Below the pieces are notes generated by a model. It searched no databases and had not been told where the DNA came from. It saw only the letters and a program-made list of their open reading frames with translations. Shown in pieces: positions 47,958 to 58,338 of a stretch of DNA of 64,000 nucleotides. Numbering within the stretch: the first letter of the stretch is position 1; each line of letters opens with the position of its first letter. A program made the position numbers and the translations under genes. This DNA comes from a virus, in IMG/VR virus record IMGVR_UViG_3300037852_000046, positions 15,074-79,073 of that record. The stretch is one strand, 5' to 3'.

Positions 47958-49324
47958 TTTCTCCTCTTCATAGCCTGCATCAAAATGTCCTGTACTGAAC
48001 GCTTGCTCTCAAGCCGCTCCAGCACATCGAAGTCTACTGTGTCGTTCGCCAGTATGTAGTGGATGAATACTGGCCTGTCGTGCCCTGCCTGCATCTGCCT
48101 GGTCGGACCTATCCGCTCGATTATCTGTTGATGCTCTTCGAGATTCCAGTTGACGGAGAAAAAGACCAGTATGTTCCCTCCGTCCTGCAAATTAAGACCG
48201 TGGCCAGCAGAAGCAGGATGAGCAAACAGAACCGGTATTTTCCCCGCGTTCCAAGCTCTAATAGTTTCTGGATCGGAATCAAGCACGCGGCCGCGAGGAA
48301 AAGCGGCGCGCAGACGATGCAGATCATGCTTAAAATGATATGCCACGAGAACAGGCGAACCGCCCGATTCCTCGATGATGTCGTCAAGTGCTGCAATCTT
48401 GGCATCGTGAACCTCTGTCCAGTTTCGTGATTCATCGGTATAGATCGCGCCGTTTGCCAGCTGGAGGCATTTCTGTGTCTTGCTGGCTGCGTTCAGAGCC
48501 TCCACTTCCGTAGGTCCGAGATGCCCCTCCAGTTCTAGGAACATTCTCTTCTCCATATCCCTGTATAACGATCGTGCTTTTGCGGGCAGGTCCACAACTA
48601 TCTTGTTGCTGATCGGCTCTGAGAGATTGAAGTAGTCCTTCGCATCCAGCGATAAGCACACGTCGGATATCATCTGCTGTATCTCCGTCTGCGCACATTC
48701 CACCGGTTCCAGCCCGTAGCCGTCGTAACTGGTCCGGAACCACCGTTGAGAGAAAGCCGCAAACGACTTGCCAAGTCTCTGGCCCCCATCCACGAACCAC
48801 ATCGGCCCCCATAAGTCTTTCAAGCCATTCGGTGCCGGCGTACCCGTCAGACCAACCCATCTTGTCACCTTTCGATGTGCGACTTCCGCGAGCGCCTTGG
48901 CGCGCTTCGTACCCTGGCGCGTACGGAAACCTTTGAGTTTCGTTACCTCATCCGCGATGATCGTCCTGAACGGCCACGGGCGGGGGTTGTACTTGAACCA
49001 CTCAACTAACCACGGTACGTTCTCGTAGTTGATCGTGAAGATCTGGCTGTCCCTTCTCAAGGCCATAGCTCGCCATTCAGCCGTACCGACGATAGGGGTG
49101 ATCTCAAGATCAAGGCCCCACTTCGCAACTTCGTCAGGCCACGTACTTTGCGCAACGCGAAGCGGCGCGAGTACAAGCGTCGGGGAGTCATCGACCAGTG
49201 AAATCGCTTCCAGGGCTTTGAGCGTGGAGATGGTTTTACCGAAGCCCATAGGAACAAAGGCATTGCATCTCTCCTTTTCGAGAATGTGATCGATAATCAA
49301 CTGTTGGTAAGGGCGGAGTTGCAC
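47954..49324 (-). CDS. SNF2-family helicase
   Basis: Same motifs as in A. Confidence 0.92.
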   Translation of the reverse strand: MQLRPYQQLIIDHILEKERCNAFVPMGFGKTISTLKALEAISLVDDSPTLVLAPLRVAQSTWPDEVAKWGLDLEITPIVGTAEWRAMALRRDSQIFTINYENVPWLVEWFKYNPRPWPFRTIIADEVTKLKGFRTRQGTKRAKALAEVAHRKVTRWVGLTGTPAPNGLKDLWGPMWFVDGGQRLGKSFAAFSQRWFRTSYDGYGLEPVECAQTEIQQMISDVCLSLDAKDYFNLSEPISNKIVVDLPAKARSLYRDMEKRMFLELEGHLGPTEVEALNAASKTQKCLQLANGAIYTDESRNWTEVHDAKIAALDDIIEESGGSPVLVAYHFKHDLHRLRAAFPRGRVLDSDPETIRAWNAGKIPVLFAHPASAGHGLNLQDGGNILVFFSVNWNLEEHQQIIERIGPTRQMQAGHDRPVFIHYILANDTVDFDVLERLESKRSVQDILMQAMKRRK

Positions 49325-49397
49325 TACCGACCTCGCCAGAAACCAATCAAAGCCGCGAACAGCATTCCCCAAATCAGAAGCCCGATAGTCCATCCGC

Positions 49398-49673
49398 TCA
49401 TCTCGTCACCTTTTCAATGAAGTAATCCACGCCTTCCTTGCTGTCAATCGTGAACACATGCGCGCCAGCCATGCGAAGCTTTGCGTGCTCGCGAACCTGG
49501 CCGGGGCGCAGGAACTTCCCCGGCGCTTTCAGCTCGACGAAGTACACGAACCCGTGCCAAACCACGATTCGATCAGGCACGTCTTTATGGCCGGGGGAAG
49601 TGAACTTGCGTTGCTCGCCGCCGACTTCCTTGACCCGACGAATCAGGTATTGTTCGACATCGCGCTCTTTCAT
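49398..49673 (-). CDS. VRR-NUC nuclease
   Basis: VPDR..ELKAPG. Confidence 0.9.
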   Translation of the reverse strand: MKERDVEQYLIRRVKEVGGEQRKFTSPGHKDVPDRIVVWHGFVYFVELKAPGKFLRPGQVREHAKLRMAGAHVFTIDSKEGVDYFIEKVTR

Positions 49674-49849
49674 CCGCGCCACCCAATCAGCAAACCATAA
49701 ACAACGCCGAGTGCGATTACGCCGAGCGCTACGGAGAGAATGTCCTTTCGCACGCGACGGTACTCCACGTTCAACCCGTGGTAAGGCCCGAAAGCTTCGT
49801 TAAGCGTGCGGGGCGTCGCGCGGTAATGCGTCCTGTCTTTTGAGAACAT
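49670..49849 (-). CDS. 59-aa TM protein
   Basis: Homolog of 9339-9518. Confidence 0.7.
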   Translation of the reverse strand: MFSKDRTHYRATPRTLNEAFGPYHGLNVEYRRVRKDILSVALGVIALGVVYGLLIGWRG

Positions 49850-49876
49850 GTTCGCTCCTTCGTTGTTAGTGACTTC

Positions 49877-49905
49877 ACTGTAGCAATTGCTATAGAGGAT
49901 GTCAA
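49877..49905 (-). promoter_or_regulatory. sigma70 promoter with GCAATTGC operator
   Basis: TTGACA-N17-TACAGT. Confidence 0.8.
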
Positions 49906-51983
49906 CCCTTCCTGTATCGGTATCCTTCAAAACCAGCCGCAGCTAAGGGTAATCCTGACGCCCATGTGGGAACCACGGCCATGAGCGATGACAGGTGTTT
50001 CGGGCCGTACATCAGGCCGTCCGGGGCGTAGGTAATGTTCTCATCATGCACTGGTAGACGGATCTCATAACCGGCCTCAAGAATCGCGGGATAGTTTGCC
50101 TTGAACACATCGCGAGCCACAGCTTGTGTCATATTTTCAGAAATTTTACCGCCATAGGTGGAGATGCGAGACCACTTCCGGGTGTACTGGTTGATGCCCA
50201 TGAACGACAATTTGCCGTCTTCGATTCGCGGAGCGGGATACGACAGCGCACGACCGGAGGGGAGAACAATGCGAAGCCAGTTGCCTTTACGGACAAACCA
50301 CACGTGCATGTAAAAAACCTCTTCGCCTTCATTATCAATAGCGTGACGAACCATGTCTTCTACTCGAAACCACAGATTCGTCGTGAACGGATGCGCGCGA
50401 CGCCATAACCGCTTCAGAGAATCGCAAGTCATGAATGCCCGCTTGCTCAATCCGAACGTCGGACGCTTCTTTTCAATCGACCATTCGTAAAACCCTTCTG
50501 CCTCTTCCCATACGTCGCTCGGAATCGAGTCGGAGGGCAACTGTTCCAAGTCGATACCGAACGCCGTGGCGAAGGTCACGAACGCTCCCACGCCGCCCTG
50601 GTAGCCCATCGCCAGTTCCATCGTCTTGCCGATCTGGCGTTCGATACTGTCTTTCGCAATCAGTGAAGGATCAATGTGAAATGCGCGACCGTATGCAACT
50701 TTGTAAAGGTCTTCTCCTACGCCCGCATCAAAATCACGAAACGCCTGTAGCTTCCACTCTTCGCCGGCCAGCCATGCGAGGACACGCCCCTCGATATTCG
50801 ACAGGTCGGCGACAACGATCTTCTTACCGGGCGGCGCGATAATTACTCCGCGCATTGCGTTGGCGCACAGTTCCATCACGTTCCCCGTAACGAGATCCGC
50901 GCACCCGGCTTTGATAGCGTCGATACCTGCGTCTATCTCATCCCCCGGCAACGTAGGCCGCATCAGGTTCTGAGGCTGGAAGAGGCGGCCGGCGTCGCGT
51001 CCTGTGCGCCCGGCCCCAGAGAACTGAATAACCCCCCGAAGATACCCATCTGAAGAGGTAGACCGTATAACGCGTTTGTATTTGCTGACTGAGCTTGTGC
51101 TAGACATGAGTCGTAAGCCGATAAGTTCACGTACCCCATCTGGCAGGCTTGGGTCTGTAAGTCGGCGTTCGAGAGTATCGCTCCGCATATCTGGTAACGA
51201 GACGCCATACTCTGCAAGTATGTGAGCGAGGAGCTTGTCTCTCTTAGTGGCCGAAGATACCACTCCGCCCGTGGCTTCGTCAGTTCTTCCAGCGAGCAGA
51301 CTTTGCTCTTTGTCCACTGCTTCAATCGCAGTCTTTGCAAGTTTGAGATCGACATAGATTCCCTCCTGATTGATTCGCTGATCCAGTTGCCAAAGCTTGA
51401 GCTCGAATTCGTGATTCGGGTAATTCCACGAAGGAGTTTTAGAGATCAAAACCCGCATGGCGGAAATATCTGAAGCGGCGTACTCGACAAACTCCTTCCA
51501 CTCTACGGGGTGCGTTTCACGAGTCTTGCGCCGGACCTTTTGATTTTGCGGTTGTGGCATGCAAAACATGCGGATGAGTTGCTTGCCCCGCTTGTCCTTT
51601 GCTACATCGGTATCAAGCTTGAATATCTCGCAGAGCGCACCTAGCGAACCCGGCAATCCGTGGCAAAGAGCCTTCACCATACTGCATCGCCAACGGTCTT
51701 CGTTGATCGACGCGAACACTTCGGGCAACACATGGTGGATAATTGTTCGGTCGAACTGAACGTTATGAAACCATAGTTCTATCGACTGATCGGCCAATAT
51801 GGCTTTGAGGTCTTCAGGCATCTTCGGCGCTGCGGTTACATCCCATACTTTGACCGGCTCATCAGCCAAAGCATAAGCGAATAACAGAATCTCAGCTTTT
51901 TCTGCGTATCGAAACACCCCATCGTTGATCGGGGTTTCGCTGAACGTCTCCAGATCAAGATAAGCCCTCACGCGCGAACCCAT
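49902..51983 (-). CDS. Phage family A DNA polymerase
   Basis: Motifs A/B/C as in A; start approximate. Confidence 0.93.
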   Translation of the reverse strand: MGSRVRAYLDLETFSETPINDGVFRYAEKAEILLFAYALADEPVKVWDVTAAPKMPEDLKAILADQSIELWFHNVQFDRTIIHHVLPEVFASINEDRWRCSMVKALCHGLPGSLGALCEIFKLDTDVAKDKRGKQLIRMFCMPQPQNQKVRRKTRETHPVEWKEFVEYAASDISAMRVLISKTPSWNYPNHEFELKLWQLDQRINQEGIYVDLKLAKTAIEAVDKEQSLLAGRTDEATGGVVSSATKRDKLLAHILAEYGVSLPDMRSDTLERRLTDPSLPDGVRELIGLRLMSSTSSVSKYKRVIRSTSSDGYLRGVIQFSGAGRTGRDAGRLFQPQNLMRPTLPGDEIDAGIDAIKAGCADLVTGNVMELCANAMRGVIIAPPGKKIVVADLSNIEGRVLAWLAGEEWKLQAFRDFDAGVGEDLYKVAYGRAFHIDPSLIAKDSIERQIGKTMELAMGYQGGVGAFVTFATAFGIDLEQLPSDSIPSDVWEEAEGFYEWSIEKKRPTFGLSKRAFMTCDSLKRLWRRAHPFTTNLWFRVEDMVRHAIDNEGEEVFYMHVWFVRKGNWLRIVLPSGRALSYPAPRIEDGKLSFMGINQYTRKWSRISTYGGKISENMTQAVARDVFKANYPAILEAGYEIRLPVHDENITYAPDGLMYGPKHLSSLMAVVPTWASGLPLAAAGFEGYRYRKG

Positions 51984-52501
51984 GTTTTTCCTTTTATGAC
52001 ATCGGATATAGTGGCGACCGATACTTCGAAGTTTTCCGAGATAGCGCGGTACGTCCATCCCTGATAGAACAGCTGGCGTATCACCGGAATGTCTAATTCG
52101 GTTAGTTTGGCAATGCCGTGCCGACTGCCATAAGCCATCAAGTCAGACTGCGCGGCATGTTCGCTGTTCTCTTTATGAGTGCACCACTCAAGATTATTCC
52201 AGCGGTTGTTTGCTTTGCTCCCATCCTTATGATTGACGTCTTCATCCGCTTCCCCGCGATCAAGAAAAGCATCCGCTACAAGGCGATGCACTTTGCGGCA
52301 GTACGGAACGCCGAATTTCGATAGAGAAACCATAAGGTATCCATCCTTGTCGATCGTAAGGGCTTTGCCGCCGCCCTTAACGCTTCGAAAGAAGTTCACA
52401 CGAAAAGGAACTACACGCGGCAAAGACCGGACGCGCCCCTCGTCGCTCACTTCGTACAGACCCTCAAAGCCTTCTATCGATTTCCAGCGTTCCATGTTCA
52501 T
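51968..52501 (-). CDS. NUMOD4-HNH endonuclease (B only)
   Basis: WKSIEGFEGLYEVSDEGRVRS; VHRLVA..VNHKDG..NN...NLEW. Confidence 0.92.
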   Translation of the reverse strand: MNMERWKSIEGFEGLYEVSDEGRVRSLPRVVPFRVNFFRSVKGGGKALTIDKDGYLMVSLSKFGVPYCRKVHRLVADAFLDRGEADEDVNHKDGSKANNRWNNLEWCTHKENSEHAAQSDLMAYGSRHGIAKLTELDIPVIRQLFYQGWTYRAISENFEVSVATISDVIKGKTWVRA

Positions 52502-52504
52502 CTC

Positions 52505-53092
52505 CTACGCCAGATCGTCTTCCGCATCGATAGCATCAAACCCGTCATCCGTAGCACGGGACGCGCCGCCGAAGCTGTCGCCGTGGTCGTGGAACTGCAC
52601 ACCAAGCAGACCGCAACGCATGCCGCTGTATGTGCCCCCCTGCGCCCACATTTCGACCTTGGCATTCACCATGCACCCGGCGTAGATGATTCCTTCCTTA
52701 CCGGTCAACTTCTGCGCGGCACCGGTGGCCGGGTCCTTGAACTTGTGCAGGAAGATCGGCGCACCGTCTTTCTGTTTGCGCACGGCGGACAGTGCGTAGC
52801 GGTTCTCGAAACCTTCGTAGACCTCGCCGGTCTTGTCTTTCTTGTTCTTCATGTATGAGAACTTGTTCTTGTTCCCGCGCATGTCTTCAAGGAACGCGTC
52901 GGCCTTCTTCCCCCAAAGTGCGACTGCCTCTTTCTGGATGGCGTCCTGAATTGCAGCATCGTTCGCGCTACCGGGTTCCACGATGAACGTGGCCGTGTGG
53001 CGGAAATCGCCTTGCCCCTCATACTGCGACGGCGTAAACAGATCGTCGATAAACGCGATGCGGACATTTTTCAGTTGAACGATAGTACCCAT
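52505..53092 (-). CDS. ssDNA-binding protein (DUF2815)
   Basis: Near-identical to A. Confidence 0.88.
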   Translation of the reverse strand: MGTIVQLKNVRIAFIDDLFTPSQYEGQGDFRHTATFIVEPGSANDAAIQDAIQKEAVALWGKKADAFLEDMRGNKNKFSYMKNKKDKTGEVYEGFENRYALSAVRKQKDGAPIFLHKFKDPATGAAQKLTGKEGIIYAGCMVNAKVEMWAQGGTYSGMRCGLLGVQFHDHGDSFGGASRATDDGFDAIDAEDDLA

Positions 53093-53105
53093 TTTCTACA
53101 TATCC

Positions 53106-54344
53106 TTAACAAAGGTCTTCGGCTTCAAAGCCGTCTTCCAAGGGTTTGACTTCAATAGCCGGACGCTTGTCCGATTCATGAACCACATGCGGCTTGCCTT
53201 CTGCCTGAATGACAAGCGCTTCAATCTGCTTCAGGCGTCGTGGTTGCGCCTTCAACGCTTCAAGAATCGGCTTCGGGCCAAGTAGCTTGAAGCTGTACAT
53301 TTGATCCTGTTTCATCTTGAACTTCTTCATGAGGCTTTCCGCTTCCTCATCCGAAGCCCATTGGCGGTTGCCCTTCTTGCCCGCCACAACCTTGACGCCC
53401 GGAATTGTCTTGCCTGAGAACACTTCCAGCTCGATACGGGCGCGTACCGCCTTGATCCAGTCTTCGATCAATTCAAGCGACGGGAAGATTTCACCCAAGC
53501 GCTCGACTCCGATTGCTTCCACCGTAGCGCCGGACAAAGGCACGCTGTCGAAGTCAATGTCTATCGTCTCTTCAACCTTCGCGAGCAGGGCAGGGCAAAC
53601 CGCCTTCGCCTTGCACCATTGGCAAGTCTTCTCCGAGGGCGCAAAGTCCGATTCCTTCATCGCGCGTTGATCCCCCATCTTGTGAATCAGAATCGCCTTT
53701 TGCGCTGCTGGATCAGCGTATGCGTGAACCCATGCATTGATCAAATCAGGCGTCGTTGACCACTCCTTCGACGCAGAAGATCGAAGCGGCTGCTCAATGA
53801 TCAGGTTCACCTGAGTGAACTCTTCCGTAAGCCCGAACTTCTCAAGCGCTCCGGAACCGTACATGAGCAGCTGCGGATTCTCTTCGACTTCGACTTCAGA
53901 GTATCCGAACTTCGCATCGATCACATCAAGTACAGAATGGCCATCAGAATAGCTAACGACAAGCACGATATCCCCACGGCCTGTAGCCCCTTCCTCCCCC
54001 GTGATGTGCTCAATCGGGAGATCCTGTTCCACTTCCGTAAGCACTGTACAACCGAGTAAAACGTAGCTACGAATACGGTCGCGTACGTTATCAAGAACAG
54101 TCTGTACATCGGCTGCAAACTCCTGATTGACCGTATGCCCTTTCTTCAGGACATACCCCTCGTAGGCCATCGCCTGCGTACCAAACTGCAAGCACAGCGT
54201 AAGCAACTCGTGTTTGTCGATACCCGTATCGGCGGCTCCCATATCGCCCTCCGGCTGGCCGATCTCCATCGCGAGCGAGTTGGCGCAGTACAGCCAGCGG
54301 TGTGCGCTCGATGGACTGGCTAGCGCGTGGTATTCATCACTCAT
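53106..54344 (-). CDS. Cas4-like exonuclease (DUF2800)
   Basis: Homolog of A copy. Confidence 0.88.
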   Translation of the reverse strand: MSDEYHALASPSSAHRWLYCANSLAMEIGQPEGDMGAADTGIDKHELLTLCLQFGTQAMAYEGYVLKKGHTVNQEFAADVQTVLDNVRDRIRSYVLLGCTVLTEVEQDLPIEHITGEEGATGRGDIVLVVSYSDGHSVLDVIDAKFGYSEVEVEENPQLLMYGSGALEKFGLTEEFTQVNLIIEQPLRSSASKEWSTTPDLINAWVHAYADPAAQKAILIHKMGDQRAMKESDFAPSEKTCQWCKAKAVCPALLAKVEETIDIDFDSVPLSGATVEAIGVERLGEIFPSLELIEDWIKAVRARIELEVFSGKTIPGVKVVAGKKGNRQWASDEEAESLMKKFKMKQDQMYSFKLLGPKPILEALKAQPRRLKQIEALVIQAEGKPHVVHESDKRPAIEVKPLEDGFEAEDLC

Positions 54345-54813
54345 GCGAAGCCTCCGGATCGACTTCGCCGGCCGACACGCGCGTCAGGTAAGCCACGGCT
54401 TCCGGCCACTGCGCTTCGGTCAGTTCCTTGCCGTGCTTCACGCCAAGTCGTGCGAGCGCTGCCTTTGCCTTCGCCAGATCAGTTTTCGCAATCGACGTTA
54501 CAAGCTTCGACACGTCGCTATATTCCACCTTCTTTGATTCTTCTGCGGAAGTTTGCGAAGTGACGGTAGTGGGCGGCAAGGGTTCGTTTGGGAGGTCTTC
54601 GATCTTGATCGAATTGCCGATACGCTCCGGCTGTTTGGCTACTTCTTCAAGTTGCGCAGCTTGTTGCGCTACTGCTGACGCGATCTGCGCTTCGCCCCAT
54701 TGCGATTGCGGCGTATCTGTGAACTGCGTTGCCGGCGCTTGTATACCTCCAATCGCGGCTGTCAGTTCAATAACTGCTGCGGTGAGCAGTTCGATTCGTG
54801 CTTCCAAAGACAT
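54337..54813 (-). CDS. Hypothetical protein
   Basis: Homolog of 13885-14313. Confidence 0.75.
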   Translation of the reverse strand: MSLEARIELLTAAVIELTAAIGGIQAPATQFTDTPQSQWGEAQIASAVAQQAAQLEEVAKQPERIGNSIKIEDLPNEPLPPTTVTSQTSAEESKKVEYSDVSKLVTSIAKTDLAKAKAALARLGVKHGKELTEAQWPEAVAYLTRVSAGEVDPEASHE

Positions 54814-54850
54814 TCTTCATCTCCTTCGGTTGATGGGTAACGCAGACCAG

Positions 54851-54921
54851 AATTTAGGCGCGCGAAAACCGCATGTCAAGCGAAATTTGCACTTGCTAAC
54901 TGGATTCGCATTTGCTATAGT
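54851..54921. promoter_or_regulatory. Back-to-back divergent sigma70 promoters
   Basis: Left TTGACA-N17-TAAATT (54851-54879); right TTGCTA-N17-TATAGT with GCATTTGC (54893-54921). Confidence 0.8.
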
Positions 54922-54946
54922 TAACTTACACCAACAGGAGAACGAC

Positions 54947-55084
54947 ATGCTCTACATCGAAGAACGCAAAACTCGCAGCGGCAGAACTGCCTATATCATC
55001 TGTACCGCAAGTGGTGCTGAGTTCAAGCACTTTTGGCGCAAGGACCGTGCTGAAGCCTGGCTGCGCAACGAGATTTACGCCTGA
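54947..55084 (+). CDS. 45-aa early protein (B only)
   Basis: AGGAG RBS. Confidence 0.55.
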   Translation: MLYIEERKTRSGRTAYIICTASGAEFKHFWRKDRAEAWLRNEIYA

Positions 55085-55228
55085 TATGTGGACAGTGAAA
55101 TTTTACACGGGGGCTGATTGGCCCCTGATCAAAAGCGATCACGGAATAGAGCTTGAGTGCGCAGGGGCGACGCGTGATCAAGCAGAGAAGATTGCCGAAA
55201 TTTTAAACGAACACTACAAGGAGCAAAC

Positions 55229-56119
55229 ATGAAAGCATTTCACGGCGATCCGGCAATCAAGGAAAAGTATCTCGCGCGTCTCAAGGCGCACCATGCTGCG
55301 GACGAGATCATTCAAGGGCAAGGTTGGGATGGTTCGCATGGTTGCGCGGTAGGCTGTACGCTCAACAAATACGATCACGTGGCGTACGAAAACGAACTTG
55401 GCTTGCCGCAATGGCTCGCGCATCTTGAAGACCGGATCTTCGAAGGGTTGCCCGCAAGAGACGCACAGCAGTTTGCGGTTGACTTTCTGGAAGCCCTACC
55501 TGTTGGCGCGAACGTTGAAGAAGTTCGTTGGCAACTTGCTTCACAACGCCATACGCGAGATCGTAATCGTCTGATGTCGAATCCTAAACCATACGCAAAG
55601 CAATGCGTTGAGGCTTTGAATCTGGTAATCGCGTATTGCGATTCAAAATGTAAATCGGAGTCGGCGGCGGAGTCGGCGGCGGAGTCGGCGGCGGAGTCGG
55701 CGCGGTCGGCAGCGGATTCGGCAGCGTGGTCGGCAGCGTGGTCGGCAGCGGATTCGGCAGCGGATTCGGCGCGGTCGGCAGCGTGGTCGGCAGCGGATTC
55801 GGCGCGGTCGGCAGCGGATTCGGCAGCGTGGTCGGCAGCGTGGTCGGCGGCGGAGTCGGCGCGGTCGGCGGCGGAGTCGGCGCGGTCGGCGGCGGAGTCG
55901 GCAGCGCGGTCGGCAGCGGATTCGGCAGCGGAGTCGGCGCGGTCGGCAGCGTGGTCGGCAGCGGAGTCGGCAGCGTGGTCGGCGGCGGAGTCGGCGCGGT
56001 CGGCAGCGGATTCGGCAGCGGATTCGGCAGCGGAGTCGGCGTGGTCGGCGGCGGACCATTTCAAATGGGAGGCCGTAACTCTGCTTGAACTTTTGCGTAA
56101 CGCTCCACAGGAGATCTGA
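55229..56119 (+). CDS. xSAA repeat protein (longer allele)
   Basis: Homolog of 14962-15720. Confidence 0.8.
   Translation: MKAFHGDPAIKEKYLARLKAHHAADEIIQGQGWDGSHGCAVGCTLNKYDHVAYENELGLPQWLAHLEDRIFEGLPARDAQQFAVDFLEALPVGANVEEVRWQLASQRHTRDRNRLMSNPKPYAKQCVEALNLVIAYCDSKCKSESAAESAAESAAESARSAADSAAWSAAWSAADSAADSARSAAWSAADSARSAADSAAWSAAWSAAESARSAAESARSAAESAARSAADSAAESARSAAWSAAESAAWSAAESARSAADSAADSAAESAWSAADHFKWEAVTLLELLRNAPQEI
55655..56054 (+). repeat. Coding VNTR, 12-bp units
   Basis: (GAG/TGG/CGG/GAT)TCGGC(A/G)GCG. Confidence 0.9.
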
Positions 56120-56403
56120 TGCCAATCCAGAAATTCAAGCAGTGGCTGGCGGAATCGACTCCCGCTGAGAAGCGGGAGCTCGCGATTAAAGCGTCCACGT
56201 CCGTCAGTACACTCTGGCAGATTTCCTACGAGGTACGCGGCAATGGCAAACCGTTCAACGCATCTTCGGAACTGGCTGGCCGTATCGAACGGGCGATTGC
56301 ATCGATCAACAAGCGCAGACGACATGCCCCGCTACCTGAAGTGCGGAAGGGAGACATCTCCAAGGATTGCGCGAAGTGCCGTTTTTATCGGGACTGCGAA
56401 TGA
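56119..56403 (+). CDS. Cro/XRE-like HTH regulator with CxxC
   Basis: Homolog of 15720-16004. Confidence 0.65.
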   Translation: MPIQKFKQWLAESTPAEKRELAIKASTSVSTLWQISYEVRGNGKPFNASSELAGRIERAIASINKRRRHAPLPEVRKGDISKDCAKCRFYRDCE

Positions 56404-56508
56404 AAGCCTTTCTCATCCTGCGCCTTGTCAATGCTGCGTACGCATGCGACGCACGAGGCGATCACAATCTGGCTGCACTGATTCACGAAGCGATAAAGGA
56501 GATTGAAA

Positions 56509-56712
56509 ATGGAGACGTTCGGGGAACGACTGGCGAGACTCAGGGAAGAGCGGGGGTGGTCTCGACTGGAACTGGACAACAGGATGAAAGCGGCGCGCGG
56601 TCTGACGGGAGCATATGAGTTAGGTCGTTGCGTGCCGGGATACTGGAACATTCTTGAACTGGCAAAGCAGCTTGATGTTTCGCTTAACTATTTGTGCCTG
56701 GGTGAAGAATGA
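56509..56712 (+). CDS. XRE-family HTH regulator
   Basis: FGERLARLREERGWS...DVSLNYL. Confidence 0.85.
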   Translation: METFGERLARLREERGWSRLELDNRMKAARGLTGAYELGRCVPGYWNILELAKQLDVSLNYLCLGEE

Positions 56713-57359
56713 AACTCCTTCCCGCAATTCTCATCGCCGTTTGCGCTACCGCGCACTCCCAATCGTTCTTCCAGATGGAAGCCGGTATCGGCATTAACCG
56801 TTACGAGACGGAAAACGGCCGCTGGTACCAGAACGGCATGCCCCAGAACAGCGTTACCCGGTTTGCGCCTGTCGTCGCGCTGGGGGTAACCGGGCCGGTC
56901 GTCTCCCGGGGCGCGTGGGGCGTTGACTGGCACGCGGATTACGTGAACCTTGGGCGTGCGGCCGCGTCCTGCCAGTGCGATACAAGCGACTCAGACTACG
57001 CGGCACGCGCCACGAAGCACACGGCGTACTACAGCGGCTCCGGCCGCGCGCAAGGGGCCGCGTTGACCCTGGAGCCGTACCGGTACTACGCGGGCCTGCG
57101 GTGGGGCGTGGAAGCTGGCGCGTACGCCTACCGCTCGATCTGGAGCGAGTCGGTCTCCGGCTGGACGGTGGGCGGACCGCCGGTCAACCTGTCACTATCA
57201 GAGAGTCGCTGGAGCGTAGCGCCAGTCGCCGGTTTGTCAGTCGGCGACGGGAAATGGGCGGTAAGCTATCGCCATTACTTCATGCGCTACCGCAAGGCGG
57301 AGATGGTTCCGCCCTTGTGGAACGATGCTGACGTTTTGATGTTCACGAGGAGGTTTTGA
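56709..57359 (+). CDS. Probable outer-membrane beta-barrel protein
   Basis: Homolog of 16356-17003. Confidence 0.65.
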   Translation: MKLLPAILIAVCATAHSQSFFQMEAGIGINRYETENGRWYQNGMPQNSVTRFAPVVALGVTGPVVSRGAWGVDWHADYVNLGRAAASCQCDTSDSDYAARATKHTAYYSGSGRAQGAALTLEPYRYYAGLRWGVEAGAYAYRSIWSESVSGWTVGGPPVNLSLSESRWSVAPVAGLSVGDGKWAVSYRHYFMRYRKAEMVPPLWNDADVLMFTRRF

Positions 57360-57679
57360 TGACTGACAACCAGATCCGGGAGATATTCCTGGCGAACGGG
57401 TTCACGATCAAAGACGGGCAAACCGATTTAAAGCCGTACGTGTATGCCGCTGCCCGTGCCCTTCTCGCCGCAGCCTCGCCCCCTCCCGCGCAAACGGCAG
57501 ATGTGCGGGAGATGGCGGATGAGCAGCGCGAAGCCATATTGATGGCGATTGGCTGGCACGAACATGGGTCATCGGTCCGCGATATGAAGTACGCGGATGC
57601 GTTGCGCGCCTTTCTTCTAACTGAGCGGCTCGATCATATCGATGAAGCCGGATATGCTCATTTCAAGGTAACTAAATGA
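57359..57679 (+). CDS. Hypothetical protein (B only)
   Basis: GAGG RBS; operon coupling. Confidence 0.6.
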   Translation: MTDNQIREIFLANGFTIKDGQTDLKPYVYAAARALLAAASPPPAQTADVREMADEQREAILMAIGWHEHGSSVRDMKYADALRAFLLTERLDHIDEAGYAHFKVTK

Positions 57680-57918
57680 CCTTGGGCCAACTTTTGAAGT
57701 CTCGTCGTGAAGCGCTTGGCATGACGCTGGAAGACGTGGCCGATTCTACCGGATCGTCAAAATCATATGTATGGGAGTTGGAGAATTCCAAGGGCTACAA
57801 GATGAGTCTTGTATTCGCTGCGCGCTTTGCTGTCGCCCTTGGATTGAATGTCAACATGATGGCGTCGGCGGCGCTCGAATCGGAGCGCAAGGCCGCACCC
57901 ACTGGAGATCAAACGTGA
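57676..57918 (+). CDS. XRE-family HTH regulator (B only)
   Basis: LGMTLEDVADSTGSSKSYVWELE. Confidence 0.85.
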   Translation: MTLGQLLKSRREALGMTLEDVADSTGSSKSYVWELENSKGYKMSLVFAARFAVALGLNVNMMASAALESERKAAPTGDQT

Positions 57919-58071
57919 CCGACGAACAGTCTCGATCTATTGGAGAAAAAGTAATGGAATCCAGTCTTTCGCTTTTAGCACTCGCCATCCAGCGCCTGGC
58001 CTATGCCGCACTGGCGTCCACAATCGCCTGGTATCTGATACACTAACTCCCGTCTCCTTCTGTTGTCTTCG

Positions 58072-58095
58072 GCCCGCTTTCATAGCGGGCTTTTT
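58072..58095 (+). terminator. Rho-independent terminator
   Basis: GCCCGCT-loop-AGCGGGC-TTTTT. Confidence 0.85.
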
Positions 58096-58161
58096 CTTGC
58101 GCGCGCGGTTTGTAAAGAGTAGGATAGCCAGACCCCGTAAGACGACTTAGGAGAACCGCCC

Positions 58162-58338
58162 ATGTTGATCCCTATCGCCGACGTTCTGGCGCTCATCCCT
58201 GTTTCCCGCGCTACGCTTTATCTCCGCATGCAAGAGCCTGACTTCCCCCGCCCTGTCAAGATTGGGGGCCGCGTGTTCTGGAAGTCCCAAGAAATCCAGG
58301 CGTATATCGATTCCAAGCAGGTCGAAGCGGAGGAGTGA
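58162..58338 (+). CDS. AlpA-family regulator
   Basis: MLIPIADVLALIPVSRATLY..FPRPVKIGG; too short for ORF track. Confidence 0.88.
   Translation: MLIPIADVLALIPVSRATLYLRMQEPDFPRPVKIGGRVFWKSQEIQAYIDSKQVEAEE

Noticed and set aside
45490-53595. GGGCAGGG (KOPS-like) octamers at ~45490 and ~53588
   Set aside because: Only two chance sightings; a full two-strand count is needed before claiming FtsK polarity
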